Origin: Azolla caroliniana
Taxonomy: Eukaryota > Plantae > Polypodiophyta
DNA length: 64,000 nt
Direction: 5' to 3'
Assembly: GCA_043228905.1 (NCBI GenBank)
Contig: JBHGNT010000020.1
Location: 9,672,001 to 9,736,000 of the forward strand
The notes beneath the pieces are model-generated. The model was given only the letters and a program-made list of their open reading frames with translations, was not told where the DNA came from and did not search any database. Each line of letters begins with the position of its first letter. Within the stretch, counting starts at the first letter, position 1. Shown here piece by piece: positions 34,668-47,150 of the stretch. A program made the translations under genes and the position numbers.

Positions 34668-37600
34668 ATGGAAGGCGGCGGCAGCGGGCAGCCGGGGATG
34701 ATGGTGCTGAATGCGCAGAATTACGCCGACTGGAAGATCAAGATGGAGGATCTTCTGATTGTTCGGGGACCTATACGAACCGATTGACAGGTCGGAAATA
34801 CCGAAGGGGGTACTTGAGTCGGAATGGAGGCTTCTGAACCGGAAAGCCGTTGCAACCATTCGGCAATATGTAGACGTGAGCGTTCTACAACATGTGGCGA
34901 ACGACACCAACGCATATGAGATGTGGCGGAAGCTGTCGGGCCTCTACGAGAGGAAGAATGCGTTGAACCGGACCTCCCTGATGAGGAAGATAGTGAACCT
35001 CAAGTACCGGGACGGCGAGAGTATGGTGGAACACGTAAGCACGTTCATGGGATTCGTGAACCAGCTTGCGGCGATCAAGTTCCCGTTGGAGGATGCAAGG
35101 CAAGCCATCATCCTGATGTGTACATTGCCGGAAAGCTGGGAGAACTTGGTGGTGACTCTCAGCACCTCCTGCACCGAAGATAACTTGTCCCTACAAACGG
35201 TAAAGACAAGTATTTTGAACGAAGAAGCGCGTCGGAGAGATAAAGAACCGGCCTCCGATCCGAAGATGTTGTTTACCGAATCGGATCGGGGAAGACAGTG
35301 GAACCGGAGTCCGCAAAGACGGGAGAAGTCGGGGACCCGGTCGCAGTCAAGAGGAAGGCCCACATGCTTCCACTGTGGGAAGCCGGGGCACTTCCGAAAG
35401 AATTGTCGGCATTACCGAAAAGACAACGGAGCCGATGACACCGATTCGAAGAAGTCACCGGAGAGAAACGGTGCATACCGGGGAGCCACGGACCGGAGAG
35501 GTCCGGATCGGCGAGGGCAGGACCGGAAAGGAACGATGGCACTCGGGGCGAGGAAGAGGAGATCATGCTCATCACCGAAGAAGGTGAACTAAACATTGCC
35601 GGCGATGAGACGACCTGGGTGGTCGATTCCGGAGCATCGTTCCACCTGACCCCGGAGAGAAGATACTTCTCATCCTACACAGCCGGTGAACATGGCTGTG
35701 TTCGGATGGGAAACGAAGGTACGTGCCGGATTGCCGGCATCGGAGGACGTGTGGTTGACAACCCCGACCGGATGCAAAATGCTGCTGAAGGATGTTCGAC
35801 ACGTTCCGGAGGTTCGATTGAACCTGATTTCGGCCGGGAGGCTAGACGATGAAGGCTACACAGGTAGCATCCGGAACGGCGTAATGAAGTTCAGCAAGGG
35901 GAGCCTGATAGTGGCTCGGGCCCGGAAAGACAACACACTGTACCTGATGAATGCCCGGTTATGTCCGGAAGAGCTGAATGTGGCAGCCGACACTGCCGGT
36001 GAGCTGTGGCACAAAAGACTGTGCCACATGAGTGAGAAGGGGATGAAGAGGCTTGCCGAAGACAACCTGATACCGGTAAAGCACGTACACCTGGAGAAGT
36101 GTACCGATTGCCTGGCCGGTAAACAGAACCGAACTTCCTTCCACTCAAGGCCACCGACGAGACGTAGCGCACCATTGGAGTTGGTGCACACTGATGTGTG
36201 TCAGGTAGAAACGAAGTCACATGGCGGAGCCCAGTACTTTGTAACATTCATTGATGATCACAGCCGGAAGCTGTGGACGGCACCGTTGAAGACAAAGGAC
36301 CAAGTGTTGTGCGTCTTCAAAGAACTCCACGCGAGAGTGGAAAGGGAATCCGCCAAGAAGCTGAAAGCGATACGAGCGGATAACGGAGGGGAATACCGGG
36401 GGCAGTTCCAGGAGTACTGTCGCTCGAAGGGAATCCGGCTCGAGTTTACTGTGCCGAAGACGCCGGAACTGAACGGGCTGGCCGAGAGGATGAATCGGAC
36501 CATAATGGAGAGGGTTCGGAGTATGCTGGCGCATGCGGAATTACCCAAGGGGTTTTGGGCTGAGGCGATGTCGACGGCGACATACGTGATAAACATATCA
36601 CCCTCAGTACCTTTAGGCGGAGACACGCCGCAGAGAGTGTGGACCGGTAGGGAAGTATCCTACCGGTATCTGAAGGTGTTCGGGTGTCTCGCATACGTGC
36701 ATGTGGCAAAGGACCGGAGAGGAAAGCTAGATCCAAAGACCCGGCCATGCATATTCCTCGGTTACGGCGATGACGAGTTCGGCTACCGAGTATGGGACCC
36801 GGTCGACAAGAAGATATTCCGGAGTCGTGATATCATCTTCATGGAGAACAAGACACTCGCCGACTGGGAGTCGGAGAAGAAGATGAAGAGCTCCAAGTCG
36901 ACCGGTGAGGATCAACTCTACGAGGAGAAGTCCCGACCGGCAAGGGACCGGTTAGCACTCGAGGATCCGGCCGAAGACGGTGAAGAAACAGAACCGGCCG
37001 AAGAAGATGAAAATGATACCGGAACCGGCCCCGATCCCGAAATGGATTCGGATGAAGAAGAATCGGAAGAACCGGTTACCGAAGCTCCGGAACGGAGATA
37101 TCCTCTAAGAGAGAGAAGGGCCCCCCGGAGATTTCCGGAACCAGAGCACCTGTTGCTAACCGACGAGGGGGAGCCGGAGAGCTTTGAAGAAGCAAAGCAT
37201 GACACCCAGAGCCGCAGGTGGTTGAGTGCCATGCAGGACAAGATGGATTCCCTGCATGAGAACCACACATATGAACTTGTGGAGTTGCCGAAAGGAAAGC
37301 GGGCACTTCGAAACAAGTGGGTGTTCAAGCTGAAACCGGGAGATGCCGGAAACCCCCCGAGATACAAAGCCAGGATCGTGGTGAAGGGGTTTCAGCAGAA
37401 GAAGGGCGTCGACTTCGACGAGATATTTGCCCCGGTAGTGAAGATGACCTCCATCCGAACGGTGCTGAGCATAGCGGCAAGCATGGACCTCGAGGTAGAA
37501 CAAATGGACGTGAAGACGACATTCCTTCACGGTGACCTCGAAGAAGAGATCTACATGCAGCAACCGGAAGGATTCGAGAAGAAAGGGAAGGAGCACCTGG

Positions 37601-38742
37601 TATGCCGGTTGAAGAAGAGCCTTTACGGACTGAAGCAGGCTCCCCGGCAATGGTACCGGAAGTTCGACTCCTTCATGACCGACGAAGGGTACCTCTAAAC
37701 GCAGTCCGACCACTGCGTGTTTGTGAAGAAGTTCGAAGGAGGAGACTTTCTAATACTCCTCCTATACGTGGACGACATGTTGATCGTCGGACGGGACCAG
37801 GTCAAGATACGGATGCTGAAGAAGGCTCTTCACCGAACCTTCTCAATGAAGGACTTGGGTCCGGCGAGGCAAATACTAGGGATGCACATCATCCGGGACC
37901 GGAAGAAGAAGCAGTTGTGGCTGTCACAGGAGAAGTACGTGACAAAGGTGCCTCAACGGTTCAACATGTCGGAAGCAAGACCAGTCGGGTCGACTCTCCC
38001 GGCAAACTGCAAGCTGTCCAACAAGCAAAGTCCCAAGACAAAGGCTGAAAAGGAGGATATGATGAAAGTGCCGTATGCCTCAGCCGTCGGGAGCTTGATG
38101 TACGCGATGGTGTGTACCCGACCGGACATAGGATATGCAGTCGGAGTGCTGAGCCGGTACATGAGCAATCCCGGCAAAGAGCATTGGAACGCGGCCAAGT
38201 GGATACTCCGATACCTGAAGGGCACGGCAAACGTGTGCCTCCGATTTGGCTCCGGTAAGCCCGAACTCGACGGCTTCACCGATTCGGATATGTCGGCTGA
38301 TGCAGATACCAGCCGGTCCACATCAGGGTATGTGATGACGTATGCAGGGGGAGCCGTTTCGTGGCAGTCGAGGCTGCAGAAGACGGTTGCGCTGTCAACC
38401 ACGGAGGCGGAGTACATGGCAGCTGTTGAAGCCGGCAAGGAAATAATATGGATGAAGGACTTCATTAGAGAGCTCGGTATCCGACAGGAGGAGTACCGAC
38501 TCTACTGCGACAGTCAAAGTGCAATCCACCTTGCAAAGAACGCGGCCTATCACTCCCGGACGAAGCACATCCAGCGAAGATATCACTGGATCCGGGAAAG
38601 GATAAAAGACAAGGAGTTCGTGCTGACGAAGGTCCACACGGACGAGAACGGGTCGGATATGCTGACCAAGGTGCTCACGCCCGACAAGCTGGAAGCATGC
38701 CGGAAGAGGATCGGATTGGAGAGACATCCCATGCCGAAGTGA
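34668..38742 (+). pseudogene. A3 gag-pol with single-base frameshifts (some possibly sequencing errors)
   Basis: ORF pieces 34759-35592, 35565-35852, 35686-37698 and 37717-38742 cover gag-PR-IN-RT-RH. Confidence 0.9.
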
Positions 38743-39365
38743 AGGGGGAGTTTGTTGGGATTACGGTCCCTTTCGGATGGGATGGTCGGATATCGGAGAT
38801 GAATGCCGACAAGCCCGGTTTCGGTTTCGGAACCGGATGATGAAGACCCCGGCTTCGGAGCCGGATGACGAATGTACCCGGAGCGAGATCCGGATGCGGG
38901 GACATATCTGTGAATATGTTTGCCAAGGGCCCTTGAGGCTATAGTTGTAAATAGCCCCAAAGTCATATGCGTATAAATATGACTTAGGGCAAACAGTTTT
39001 GTTGTTGCTTCTCATTTTTCTGTTTTTCCACTCAAGAGGAGTGAAGAGAGAGAGCAGCCGTGAGAGAGAGATAGAGCGTGAGAGACGAGGAGGTCGAAGC
39101 CTCTGTGTATTTCCGCCGCCTGTGGCGAGGACAGCGAGGTCAAGGTCGTCGCCTTGCAGCTCGCCATTGTATACTTATCTGTGCATAGTGTTTGGTTTGG
39201 AGTCTTGTGCTCCCGTGGTTTTTCCCGTCTAGGGTTTTCCACGTTAATCCCTGTGTATTCGTGTTCTTTCTCTGTGGTTCCTATTTTCTGCTGCATCGAT
39301 TCGCGCTTACTCGGTTGTGGCCGAGGGAAGAAGGGTAATCGGAGCGTCGATTTCTCTACAATCTG

Positions 39366-40113
39366 GGTAATGCCGACAATTCTTCCGGAAGTGCCCCGGC
39401 TTCCCACAGTGGAAGCATGTGGGCCTTCCTCTTGACTGCGACCGGGTCCCCGACTTCTCCCGTCTTTGCGGACTCCGGTTCCATTGTCTTCCCCGATCCA
39501 ATTCGGTAAGCAGCATCTTCGGATCGGAAACCGGTTCTTTATCTCTCCGACGCGCTTCTTCGTTCAAAATGCTTGTCTTTACCGTTTGTAGAGACAAGTT
39601 ATCTTCGGTGCAGGAGGTGCTGAGAGTCACCGCCAAGTTCTCCCAGCTTTCCGGCAATGTACACATCAGAATGATGGCTTGCATTGCATCCTCCAACGGG
39701 AACTTGATCGCCGCAAGCTGGTTCACGAATCCCATGAACGTGCTCACGTGTTCCACCATATTCTCGCCGTCCCGGTACTTGAGGTTCACTATCTTCCTCA
39801 TCAGGGAGGTCCGGTTCAACGCATTCTTCCTCTCGTAGAGGCCCGACAGCTTCTTCCACATCTCATATGCGTTGGTGTCGTTCGCCACATGTTGTAGGAC
39901 GCTTACATCGACATATTGCCGGATCGTCGCTACGGCTTTCCGGTTCAGGAGCTTCCACTCCGACTCTATTACTCCCTTGGGTATCTCGGCATTGTCGATC
40001 GGTTCGTACAGGTCTCGGACGATGAGAAGGTCTTCTATCTTTATCTTCCAATCGGCGTAGTTCTGTGAGTTCAACACCATCATGCCCAGAGGCCCACTAC
40101 CGCCACCTTCCAT
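39366..40113 (-). CDS. A2 gag, 5' part
   Basis: MEGGGSGPLG...CFHCGKPGHFRKNC, truncated by the A3 insertion. Confidence 0.88.
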
Positions 40114-40800
40114 TTTCTGTGTTACCGTCGCTCTGATACCACTTTGTTGAAAAACAGTGCTCGGCCACAACCGAGGAATAGGATCAACTCACAGAAAACG
40201 GGAAATACAAAGTGCACGAGGACAATAGAGAGGAAGGTACACTGGATGTTTTACGTGGAAAACCCTAAATGGGAAAAACCACGGGAGTCCTCAAACTCCA
40301 ACTATCACTATGAACAGGGATGTACACTGGTGAAGCTACAAGGCAACAACCTTGAGCTCACTGTCTTCGCCACAGGCGGCGGTAATACACAGAGGCAACG
40401 ACCTCTTCGTCTCTCTCTCTCTCTTTCTCTCTCGGCTGCTCTCACTTCGCATAAAAATGAGCAACAACATAAACTGTTTGCCCTAAGTCATATTTATACA
40501 CATATGACTTTCGGGCTATTTACAAATATAGCCTCAAGGGCTCTTAGCAAACATATTCACAAACATGTCCCCGCATCCGGATCTCTCTCCGGGTACATTC
40601 GTCATCCGGCTCCGTAACCGGGGTCTTCAGCATCCGGCTCTGTAACCGGGGTCTTCATCATCCGGATCCGTAACCGGGGTCTTCATCATCCGGATCCGTA
40701 TCCGGGTACTCTTCATCATCCGGTTCCGTAACCGCAACCGGGCTTGCCGTCATTCATCTCCGGACATCCCATCCGGAGGGACCGAAATCCCAACAGCGTA

Positions 40801-42066
40801 AACCGCACCTGCATCCCCTGGTCGACGATTTGTCCGACTGACACCAAGTTCTATGTGATTGTCGGAATGTGTAATACGTTCATCAGCTTCCCCTTTTGTT
40901 CGACATGGCTCAAAGGGACTTCTCCGACATGCACAATCGGGTGAGTGGTGTCGTCTCTGGTTTCGACAATCCCCGGTTGTTCTAGTTTCTCCAAAAAAGA
41001 GAACCACTCTTCATGGCTCGTCAGGTGGTTGGACGCACCGGAATCAACGTACCATACTTCCTCCGATTTGGAAGTAGTCTTCTTCATCGAGTTAGCATTG
41101 TGCTTCATCACGAAGGTTGGTCCTTTACTGGTTTTCCCGGTTCCGGATCCTTCCGATCCTTTCGTGTAGTGCGAGCTTTGCCGGTTCTCTCGACCGGTTT
41201 TGCCGGATTCGTCCGAATCGGCGCGCTTCTTCCAGTATTAGCTTTCCATGTGGCCCTTTTTGCCACAGTACCAGCATTCCGTGTCGGCCTTTCCTTGCCG
41301 GTTCCCGACGCCGCTTTGACTCCCCTTGCTTGTGGAGGGTCTAGAACTTTTGTCGGCACCACCTCTGTGCCTCTGGTCCTGCTCTTGTCGGCCGCTTCCA
41401 TTGCGTGCCGACCCACCTCGTCCACCACGTCCGTGGGGCCGATCTGTCTTCGTGTACAACATCCGGTCGTCCGATTGAGTGGTCCTTGACCCACTCGCAT
41501 GGTTTTCTTCGACCATCAGCATCGATTGCAAGTCGAAGAAAGATGGTGGTTTCTCTCGAGTGCAGATCGTTGTCCGGATTGGCCCGTACCTTTGTGCTAG
41601 ACCATCGAGGCAGATTTGTACCATCTCGTCTTCGTCCACCGTCATGTTGATGGACCTGAGTGCGTCACAAATGTCCTTTATTTAGGTGGTGTAGTCCGTA
41701 ACCAACATGTCTCTTTGCCGGATGTTGTTCAGCTCTTGCCAGAGCTGCAACTTACGGGCTATGGTACTCGCGGCGAAAATCTTTCTCAGATTTCCCCAGG
41801 CCTCCTTCGGCGTCTTTGCATCCTTTATGTAGTCGAGCATCGGATCGTGCACATAGGATGCGATGCAGTACAATACTCGGCTCGCTCCTTGCTCCCATAC
41901 CGGGAAGTCCTCGTGTGCCGGCTCCGACACTACCTCGTTCGTTCCTTCCACGAAACTCCAATATCCATGCCCCAGTAGGTACTGGTGCATCTTGTATGAC
42001 CAGGACACATAGTTGCTCCGGTCGAGCTTTTTTGTTGGAAGTGAACTCGCCATTCCTCTATCCATA
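40801..42066 (-). pseudogene. Element B gag-protease remnant
   Basis: KLDRSNYVSWSYKM, zinc knuckle CWYCGKKGH, protease WYVDSGASNH; in-frame stops. Confidence 0.9.
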
Positions 42067-42159
42067 TCTTCTCTTAGTTTGTTGTTATCGGGTTCTAGGG
42101 TTCGTCTACGAAAGCAAGCGTCGGTTGCAAAGGTTCTCAACCCTCGCGCTTTGATACCA

Positions 42160-42267
42160 TGTAAATGTTAACGTGCAGAAGTGTTAGACAGAACCGGCTC
42201 AATCAGATAGCAACAGAGAATAAGATGAATGTTTAATGGAGAAGCTTAATACACAGAGAATATGCGT

Positions 42268-42325
<58 letters not shown>

Positions 42326-42645
42326 AGAACATAAACTCAATTCAAAATAACACTCTGAAAACTCTGTACACACAACATGCTAAACAACACTATTTATACA
42401 AGCCCATAAAGGACTGACAGAAGTACTGACAAGTACTTCAATATTCCTACATGCGACTGACACTAACTACGAGACAATGATTACCCAATAGTCTAGGCTA
42501 CTACTAGGCTTCCAGTTCCCGCTCGAATCGGGCTGTTCGATTCGTCTCCCCAATCCGGTTGGTTGTTTTCGGATACCATCCGGATACCGATCCGGCTTTG
42601 GCTTATTCAGCCGATCCGGATCGGGTTGATCTTGCTTGCTCAACA
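42160..42645 (-). repeat. Element B 5' LTR (contains a long (GA)n)
   Basis: TG...CA termini; aligns with 12160-12452 plus 18583-18725. Confidence 0.92.
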
Positions 42646-43490
42646 TATATCTGACATAGGGCTAATTGAAGTACTAACAAGTACTTTAATTCTCACACAT
42701 GAGCATTTGACATTGCTTGCCTAAAATATTCCTATTACTAAACATAGGAATATAGGCATGAACGGCCTACTGGCTCTCTTGGTTGATCCAATTGTCGGCT
42801 TCTTCAACCGATCATGTATCTGCTTTCCAACTGATCCTCCCAACCGATCCAACTATCGGCTTCTTCACCCGATCCTTTAGTTAGCCCGACTTCATGTTCA
42901 ACTTGTCTCTCAACACTCCCCCTCAAGCTCAACTTAAGGTTCCTCCTTTTGCTATGTCGGTTCTTCGCCTTGGCTGTTTCTGCTAGCTTGCCCTCCTAGC
43001 CCACGCTCCATGTTGTCTCCTTCCTCAGGGAGAACACCTTCGATTACTCCTAGGGTAATTGGGTCAAGGAATCGTGGTTACGTAGGAATGGAAACACAGG
43101 GGTGTCACAAGCTGATTGAGTACGAAAATTGCCGGCCACAATCTGGCCTTACGACTTGCACTTAACACGGGGACAAAAATCCAACAGTACAGATGACTAG
43201 TTGATGACATGAATAGATTAGACCCACAACATGTATATTATAAGATTTCGTTTCCTTGGACGCGCTCCAATTACTTCTCTCGTTTATAGCCTCCAATCTC
43301 GGCTGCGTATATTTCGTTTACCTTCTCCATTCTTGGTCGATTCTTTCCCTCTGACCGTACCTACTTGTTAGATGCATTTCATACTTAATTGCCTCTTTGT
43401 CCCACGGATAACACTTGGCATGCCCGTGGGATAGTGCCTTCGCACGTCAAACCCAAAACTTGCAAAAAATCGAAAGCGAAACATGCTATG

Positions 43491-45750
43491 TTACAGCCAT
43501 TCTTCTTCCAAAATGGTGAGGATGTCCTCGGGGTGTGGTTGTGTCGGTGCTGGAGGTGGCTCTTCTTCTGTGAACTCGTTGGCGTGTAATTCGGTTGATA
43601 TATCTAGTTGTTGTTCTTGAGTCTCATTCGTGAATTCTGGAACCGTTGCCTCCGGATGTGGTTCAGTGATTGGTGCATCCACTTGCTCGGTTTCTACTCT
43701 TGGTCGTGGTTTTTCTTCTTCTTTCGGTGCTTGTACTGTTTCCTTGATTGCATTGACCATTGATGCCTATGCGGTGGCTTCTGCTTCCTTTTCAGCGAGG
43801 AGGCGCTCACGTTCATAGGCTTCCGCATCCAGTCTCAACAACATCTGATCATTGTTGAATTCCTCAAGGAGGTGTCTGATTGCTGTGGTGTGTGTTTGTG
43901 CCAGGGTGTGGAATTCCTCGGTGAGGTCTTTGTGGAGGATTTGGATGCTGTTTTCATTCATTTTGTAGAAAATGCATCCTTTTTTTCTCTGATTTTTGGC
44001 GTCTGTTCGAAAGACCTGTAATTCGGTTGGTTGAGTTGACCATTTAGTCCAGCCGCAAGCGAATGTCACCTCGACTTTTGGATTAAGCTGTATTCGGTGT
44101 TTGGCCACTATGGCTTTGATTTGTTCGCCTATTTCATATTTGGCTTGGAGGATGTTCAAGTCGTCTTATGCTTTCGCTGCATCTCGTTCGAACTTGGCTT
44201 TGAGGATCGCACACAATGTTGTAACGTTAGCGAGTTGGGCCTCCAGTTTTTGCGTATGCATGTCGTAGCGTCGGAGAAGTCGATCCGAATTATCGACCCA
44301 CTCTTGCATATAATGGTGGTGCTGCAGTTTGAGTTCTAGGGTCGTGGAGATTTGCAGCTGGTGAAGGGATTCCGCCAATGCCGCTCGCTGCTCCTCGTTT
44401 TTGTCTAACTGCTGAAGGAACCCACTTGAGCAGATCTGGAGTTCCGAAAGTTCACTTTTCAAGGAGTCAATTTCTGCGGAGTGTTGGCGAGATGCTCGTT
44501 GATGCTCCTCCTCCGCTTTCGCTAACTTTGCATTTGCGAGGTCTTGCACGGCTTTAAGAGTCGTGACAACATTTTTTTCTATTGTCTAGTGCTGGGCCAT
44601 TCGGGCGTCAAGCAACTGCTGGAGGTCGGCTTCATGTTTTGATGCTTATTCCTTCAGGTGATCGGCTTCGGGTTTAGCCGTTTCGTAATGCTCCCTGGCC
44701 TTGTTAACGATCATCGTGTGTCCGGTTAAGGCCAAAGCCTTGTTGGGAACCACCACGACTATCTTTTTCGGCGGGCGTGACGAACAGTTGCCAGTCCTCG
44801 GAAGAGTAGTCCTTGGTGGTATGTTCTTTGCTTCGGCATTGGAGCCGGTGGGGCTTGTTGGGGGCGCTCATCTTTGGTGCCGCGAATTCCTCTCTGGGCC
44901 GCTTAGTTTGCTGCACTGTCGACCAACTATTGTCTGAGGTTGTTTTCTATGTCTCTTCCATGCGGGCGAGGCGTGGGCTAGCCAATGTGCATGGGTGTGG
45001 GTCTATTGGCGAAGAGAGCTATGGTTTTTCTTAACCCCTGGTGGTGATGTTGTCTAGGGCTTCCGGGTTCTTAGCCCAGGCCTCGGCCGTGACGAGGTGG
45101 GGGTGCCGACAGGTGTGTCGTCCTTCCATTCCTCCTGACCTAACTACAGAGCTCTTTGCTTTTTCGTCTAGGTGGGTGGGTGGGTGGGTGGGTGGGGCGG
45201 GGAGAGTAAGGGGTGATCGGGTGTTGTCGTGGGTTGGGGAGGGTAAAGCACAACAAAGTAATGTGCTAAAGTAGGCAAGAACCATTTACCTACTTGAAAA
45301 GCCGATACGGCAGCACAAACTCCTTCCCCGGTGATGATGCCCCAATCGAGGGCACCGCCGTGATATGCCGTGATGATGATGTTGGCCTTCTTTTTTGGCA
45401 TGTTGTACGCATTTGCATGCACACAACCAAACTCTAAAAGAAAAAGCGGGCTAGATCCCTGAAAAACTCATTGGGCCCACCATGTGTGTGATAGGCTTTC
45501 GCAGACACCAAATACCGCCTGAAATGTTGTTCCAGGATGTGTTGAGGCGGAGCCTCAATGTCATGTTCTCCTCCTCGATGTAGTCCCAATGCCGGCCGGA
45601 TTTGGTTGTTAGTGATGGTGTCCGGATGCACCTGTTGTGCTACTTCCTGCGCCTCGGGGTGGGGAGCTGTGTTGCTTACACGTAGGTAACCACCCAAGCC
45701 GTATCTGTTCAACCAGACGCGGAGCTCCTTGGATACTTCGATCGGCATGA
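43491..45750 (-). pseudogene. Degenerate extra ORF downstream of a Gypsy integrase (unknown domain + coiled coil + acidic/Pro tail)
   Basis: Collinear ORF fragments MPIEVSKELRVWL..., ALDWGII, heptad-rich 44166-44549, on the same strand as the integrase relic. Confidence 0.55.
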
Positions 45751-46019
45751 TTGTTTTGAAGGATAGAGAGAAGGAGTGGTGGTGGGAGTAAGGAGACGGG
45801 GAACGAGAAGGAGCTTCTTGGTAGAGAGTTTGAGAGCTGGAAAGCGGTTGAGTAGAAGGTAGTAGAGCTTGAGCTGTTTGAGTGTTTCTGCAGAAGTGAG
45901 GCCTTTGTCTGTGATGCCTATTTATATGTGCCTCGGTTTGCAAGACATCACCTTGTGCCCTAGATTCAAAAACTTCCCTACCATACTAGGAGTTAAGGAT
46001 CACGTGTCCTACGAACCGT

Positions 46020-46602
46020 TTATACTTTCTTTTCTCGTGTGGTGTGCATGTTCTTGTTCCCAATCGGTTTGATTCTCGTTCACGATCTTCTTGAGGATGT
46101 TTTGTAATGTCTTATTTGTTGATTTGGCCAACCCGTTTGCCTGAGGGTAGTATGATGTGCTTTTCTTATGCACGACCGCGTAATGTGTGGTCAGATCTCA
46201 GACAAGGAGATTGAGAAAGTGACCACCTTGGTTGCTAATGAGCTCGATTCGACAACCAAATCGACACCATAAGTACTCATAAACGAACTTGGCAGTAGTT
46301 ATGGCCTTGTTATCGCGTAGTGCCTTTGGTTTGGCCCATTTCGTGCAATAGTCTATTGCCACGATGATGTATTTCTTGCCGGTTCGGGGTCGGCTGGTTT
46401 GAATGGACCAACGAAATCCAAACCCCACTTCTGGAAAGGCTCTAATGGAAGAACCGGTTGGTGAGGCATACAGGCTTGTTCGGTGGGTTGGCCCATGTGT
46501 TGACATAATTCACATTGTTTGCAAAATTCGCAAGCATCCTTCTTTGTTGTGGGCCACCATAACCCACTTTGCCTAATTTTCGAGCCGTCACATCTCCGAC
46601 AT
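46020..46602 (-). pseudogene. Ty3/Gypsy (non-chromovirus, Athila/Tat-like) integrase relic
   Basis: GLWWPT..CKQCELCQ, KYIIVAIDYCTKW, RFGC..LISNQG, YYPQANG. Confidence 0.85.
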
Positions 46603-46606
46603 AGTG

Positions 46607-47150
46607 TGTCAAGATTCGAACTCTTTACATGACGATGTTACAATCGAGTGTTATGTGTTAACCAACCACACATCTAGCATATAATCATGTATATAGTTTG
46701 TCATTGTAGGTTTTAGCTAGCATCTTGTGCATAATTTCTCCCTTGTATTATTTACACTTGGCACATGCATGTGTACCTACTGCCTACATGCTCTATTGTA
46801 TCACATGCGTGCAATAGGTATGCATGCCACTTAGTATAAATAGTTGAGTTCACCTTGAAGGAATTCAAGGTGAACAACGCTAGTCATTGACACACAAATA
46901 TAGTATTCTTGTTCCATTCCATCTTGTCTCCTTCGTCTCTGTCTTCATGCTCTTGTGTCATTCCGTCATCGCTCCGTCGTAGCCTCATCATCTGTGCTCC
47001 GTCTTAGTCCGCACTTGGTGTGTCCGTGATAGTTTGTTCACCTTCCAACTAAAAGCATCACCCGTCTCCGTCATCACCCTTGCTTCTAGAGTTACCATCG
47101 TCACCGTACCATCATCAACATCGCTTCATTGTCTCTATTTTTTAGTTTCT
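46607..47150 (+). mobile_element. Probable LTR-like segment interrupting the Gypsy integrase
   Basis: Abrupt break at tgtcaag; CATG-rich region then agtataaata; no partner LTR in the window. Confidence 0.4.

Larger units (their letters stand above)
33205..39365 (+). mobile_element. Element A3: Copia of family A inserted antisense in A2
   Basis: 608-bp near-identical LTRs 33205-33812 and 38753-39360; PBS-Met at 33816; PPT before 38753; no TSD. Confidence 0.93.
29208..40795 (-). mobile_element. Element A2: full-length Copia of family A, interrupted in gag by A3
   Basis: 651-bp LTRs 29208-29858 and 40145-40795; TSD GCGTA; PBS-Met reverse complement 40130-40141; PPT reverse complement ~29861-29870. 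Confidence 0.97.
12160..42645 (-). mobile_element. Element B: degenerate Ty1/Copia LTR retrotransposon hosting A1, C and A2
   Basis: TSD TATAT (12155-12159, 42646-42650); 5' LTR 42160-42645; PBS-Met reverse complement 42146-42159; 3' LTR 12160-12452 + 18583-~18725. Confidence 0.92.
11983..43050 (-). mobile_element. Element D: old Copia 3' LTR (about 11983-12159 + 42651-42915) split by element B, with PPT and short internal remnant
   Basis: LTR terminus ...ctcaaca at 42915 followed by ctccccct (PPT reverse complement); resembles B/E LTRs; outer limits approximate. Confidence 0.6.

Noticed and set aside
33676-35250. Apparent duplication of A3 LTR end, PBS and gag
   Set aside because: It flanks a 100-N gap and has indel errors, so it is most likely an unmerged contig overlap
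13252-40060. Many overlapping antisense and alternate-frame ORFs in A1/A2/A3
   Set aside because: Shadow ORFs of GC-rich pol; they recur only because the copies are near-identical
12160-42160. B LTR starts exactly 30,000 bp apart
   Set aside because: Coincidental sum of nested insertions including an arbitrary 100-N gap
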